Origin: Acidimicrobiales bacterium
GTDB lineage: Bacteria; Actinomycetota; Acidimicrobiia; Acidimicrobiales; SZUA-35
Assembly: GCA_965216655.1 (NCBI GenBank)
Contig: CBDCGP010000022.1
Coordinates: 38,166-102,165, forward strand
Length of the DNA: 64,000 nucleotides
Direction: 5' to 3'
The notes under the pieces are model-generated. The model worked only from the letters and a program-made list of their open reading frames with translations. It did no database searches and was not told the DNA's origin. Shown in pieces: positions 62,305 to 64,000 of this stretch; positions within the stretch are counted from its first letter, which is position 1, and each line of letters begins with the position of its first letter. The position numbers were made by a program, and so were the translations under genes.

Positions 62305-62766
62305 GTGATCCTCCGTCTGTATCTCGCGGCCATCATGGGATTGATGGGCGTGCTCCAGCTGGCCGGCTGGCCCGTGTTTCTCGAGGCGGTCGAGAGCTAC
62401 CGACTGCCCGGTGGACGGGTGGTGGCGGTGGCGCTGGCCGTCGCACTCATCGTCGGTGAGTTGGCCGCCGCCGTTCAGTTGCTGCGCGACCGCAGGGTCG
62501 GAGCGCTGCTCTCACTCGCCGTCATGGTCGTCTGGACCGTCATGGCCACCCAGGCGTTCGCCCGCGGTCTCGTGCTCGACAACTGCGGATGCTTCGGACG
62601 TCTCTGGCGCCAGGAGCTGCGGTGGTGGGTTCTGCTGGAGGACGCCTACCTGCTCGGCGCCTCCTGGTGGGCGTTGCGCCGCTATTCCGCCTCAACAGAA
62701 AGCAGAGACCGAGCATGGGTCAAACCGTCCCGAAAGTCGATCGAGATGAGGTCTTCCTCGAGCTGA
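62305..62766 (+). CDS. MauE/DoxX-like redox-associated membrane protein
   Basis: Four TM helices and the hallmark LVLDNCGCFG motif. The 3' end overlaps the start of the next gene by 52 nt. Confidence 0.65.
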   Translation: MILRLYLAAIMGLMGVLQLAGWPVFLEAVESYRLPGGRVVAVALAVALIVGELAAAVQLLRDRRVGALLSLAVMVVWTVMATQAFARGLVLDNCGCFGRLWRQELRWWVLLEDAYLLGASWWALRRYSASTESRDRAWVKPSRKSIEMRSSSS

Positions 62767-64000
62767 CAAAAAGCATCTGCCCTGTCTGCAAGGCGGTGCT
62801 CGACGCCGAGGTCAACGTCCGCGACAACAAGGTGTTCCTCCGCAAGCGATGCGGCGACCACGGCGAGTTCGAAGCGCTCCTGTACGGCGACGCCGACATG
62901 TACCTCGCGTCGCTTCGGTTCAACAAGCCCGGCACCTATCCGGCGGAGTATCAGACCGAGATCCGAGACGGCTGCCCGCTCGACTGCGGGCTGTGCCCCG
63001 ACCACAAACAGCACGCCTGCGTCGGTCTCATCGAGGTCAACTCGGCGTGCAACCTCGACTGCCCGGTCTGTTTCGCCGACTCGGGCCATCAGCCCGACGG
63101 TTTCTCGCTGACCCACGAACAGGTGGCCGCCGGCCTCCGGACGTTCATCGAGAGCGAGGGCGGCGAGGCCGAGATGCTGATGCTGTCGGGCGGCGAACCG
63201 ACGATCCACCCCCACATCCTCGACTTCATCGACATGGCCGGCGACGCCGGGGTCAAACATGTGATCGTCAACACCAACGGCATCAAGTTGGCGAACAACC
63301 TCGCCTTCTGCCGTGAGCTGGCGGCCCGCGGTGCCGGTATCTACCTGCAGTTCGACGGACTGGAGGAGGCGACCCACCTGGCGATGCGGGGCCGCGACCT
63401 CCGTCGGATCAAGCAGCAGGCCCTCGACAACTGCGCCGATGTCGGGCTCTCGGTGATGATCACCGCCGCCGTGGAAAAGGGTCTGAACGACCACGAGCTC
63501 GGCACGATCGTGCGGTTCGGGATCGGCCACCCCGCGGTTCGGGGTGTGGTGTTCCAGCCGGTGACCCACGCCGGGCGGATGATCGAGTTCGACCCGACCG
63601 ACCGCATGACCAACTCCGACGTCATCCACGCCATGGCCGACCAGGCCCCCGAGTGGTTCCGGACCGACGACTTCTTCCCCGTGCCGTGTTGCTTCCCCAC
63701 CTGCCGCAGCATCTCCTACTGCCTCGTCGACACCGACGAGGTGACGGGCGAGCAGCTGGTGGTTCCGCTCACCCGGCTCCTCGACCCGGCGCAACACCTC
63801 GACTATCTGACGAACCGGGTCTTCCCCGACCCGGAGCTGCGCGCCGCGCTGGAGAAGCTGTACTCGGCCTCGGCCTCGCCCGATCACGAGACCACGATCG
63901 CCCAGATCGAATGCGCCTCGTGCGGGATCGACATGCCCACGCTGATGCCGGAGATCGAGAACAAGCTGTTCATGATCACGATCCAGGACTTCCAGGATCC
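62715..64000 (+). CDS. Radical SAM enzyme with N-terminal zinc ribbon (MJ0619/Tes-like family); partial, runs off the right edge
   Basis: This ORF is not in the track because it has no stop. My own translation from the ATG at 62715 is open to 64000. It reads MGQTVPKVDRDEVFLELTKSICPVCKAVLDAEVNVRDNKVFLRKRCGDHGEF...GCPLDCGLCPDHKQHACVGLIEVNSACNLDCPVCFADSG (CxxxCxxC)...MLSGGEPTIHPHILDFI...YLQFDGLEEATHLAMRGRDL...VVFQPVTHAGR. Confidence 0.8.
   Translation, partial: MGQTVPKVDRDEVFLELTKSICPVCKAVLDAEVNVRDNKVFLRKRCGDHGEFEALLYGDADMYLASLRFNKPGTYPAEYQTEIRDGCPLDCGLCPDHKQHACVGLIEVNSACNLDCPVCFADSGHQPDGFSLTHEQVAAGLRTFIESEGGEAEMLMLSGGEPTIHPHILDFIDMAGDAGVKHVIVNTNGIKLANNLAFCRELAARGAGIYLQFDGLEEATHLAMRGRDLRRIKQQALDNCADVGLSVMITAAVEKGLNDHELGTIVRFGIGHPAVRGVVFQPVTHAGRMIEFDPTDRMTNSDVIHAMADQAPEWFRTDDFFPVPCCFPTCRSISYCLVDTDEVTGEQLVVPLTRLLDPAQHLDYLTNRVFPDPELRAALEKLYSASASPDHETTIAQIECASCGIDMPTLMPEIENKLFMITIQDFQD

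Overview
GC-rich, actinobacterial-type chromosomal segment. Supporting signs are a GlnR-like regulator next to glnA and glnII, an F420-type LLM oxidoreductase, an ECF sigma with a zinc-finger anti-sigma, and many ATGA/GTGA-coupled genes. The window is densely coding on both strands. Many long ORFs in the track are antisense or out-of-frame artefacts of the high GC content and were ignored. Core genes I can support are serS, gdhA, glnA, glnII, nadE, ridA and a group-2 sigma factor. There are also several regulators: a LuxR/LAL ATPase, an OmpR/HK pair, GntR, and an NrtR-like Nudix protein. A roughly 10 kb ABC-type sugar or amino-sugar utilisation cluster (50.0-60.4 kb) carries two near-identical 22-bp palindromic operators. 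The window also holds two toxin-antitoxin modules (VapBC, MazEF) and two tRNAs, one of which is a tRNA-Sec (selC, anticodon UCA). The observations most worth a second look are listed here. (1) selC, with no obvious selenoprotein gene in the window. (2) At least six frameshifts confined to three consecutive genes at 28.8-33.2 kb: two tandem coiled-coil M15B/VanY-like peptidase paralogs and an amidase. (3) A tRNA-bounded islet containing an NrtR-like regulator, two 21-bp palindromes, and an SPFH plus NAD-kinase-like operon. (4) A C-rich-loop multi-hairpin sRNA candidate (6C-like) ending in an intrinsic terminator. (5) About 2.7 tandem copies of an 85-98 bp hairpin-bearing repeat directly 3' of tRNA-Arg. 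(6) A duplicated leader of about 50 bp, including the ATG, in front of two unrelated genes. (7) A run-off radical-SAM gene (MJ0619/Tes-like family, absent from the ORF track) following a MauE-like and a MetE-fold gene at the right edge. All functional calls rest on motif recognition by eye. No database search was run.
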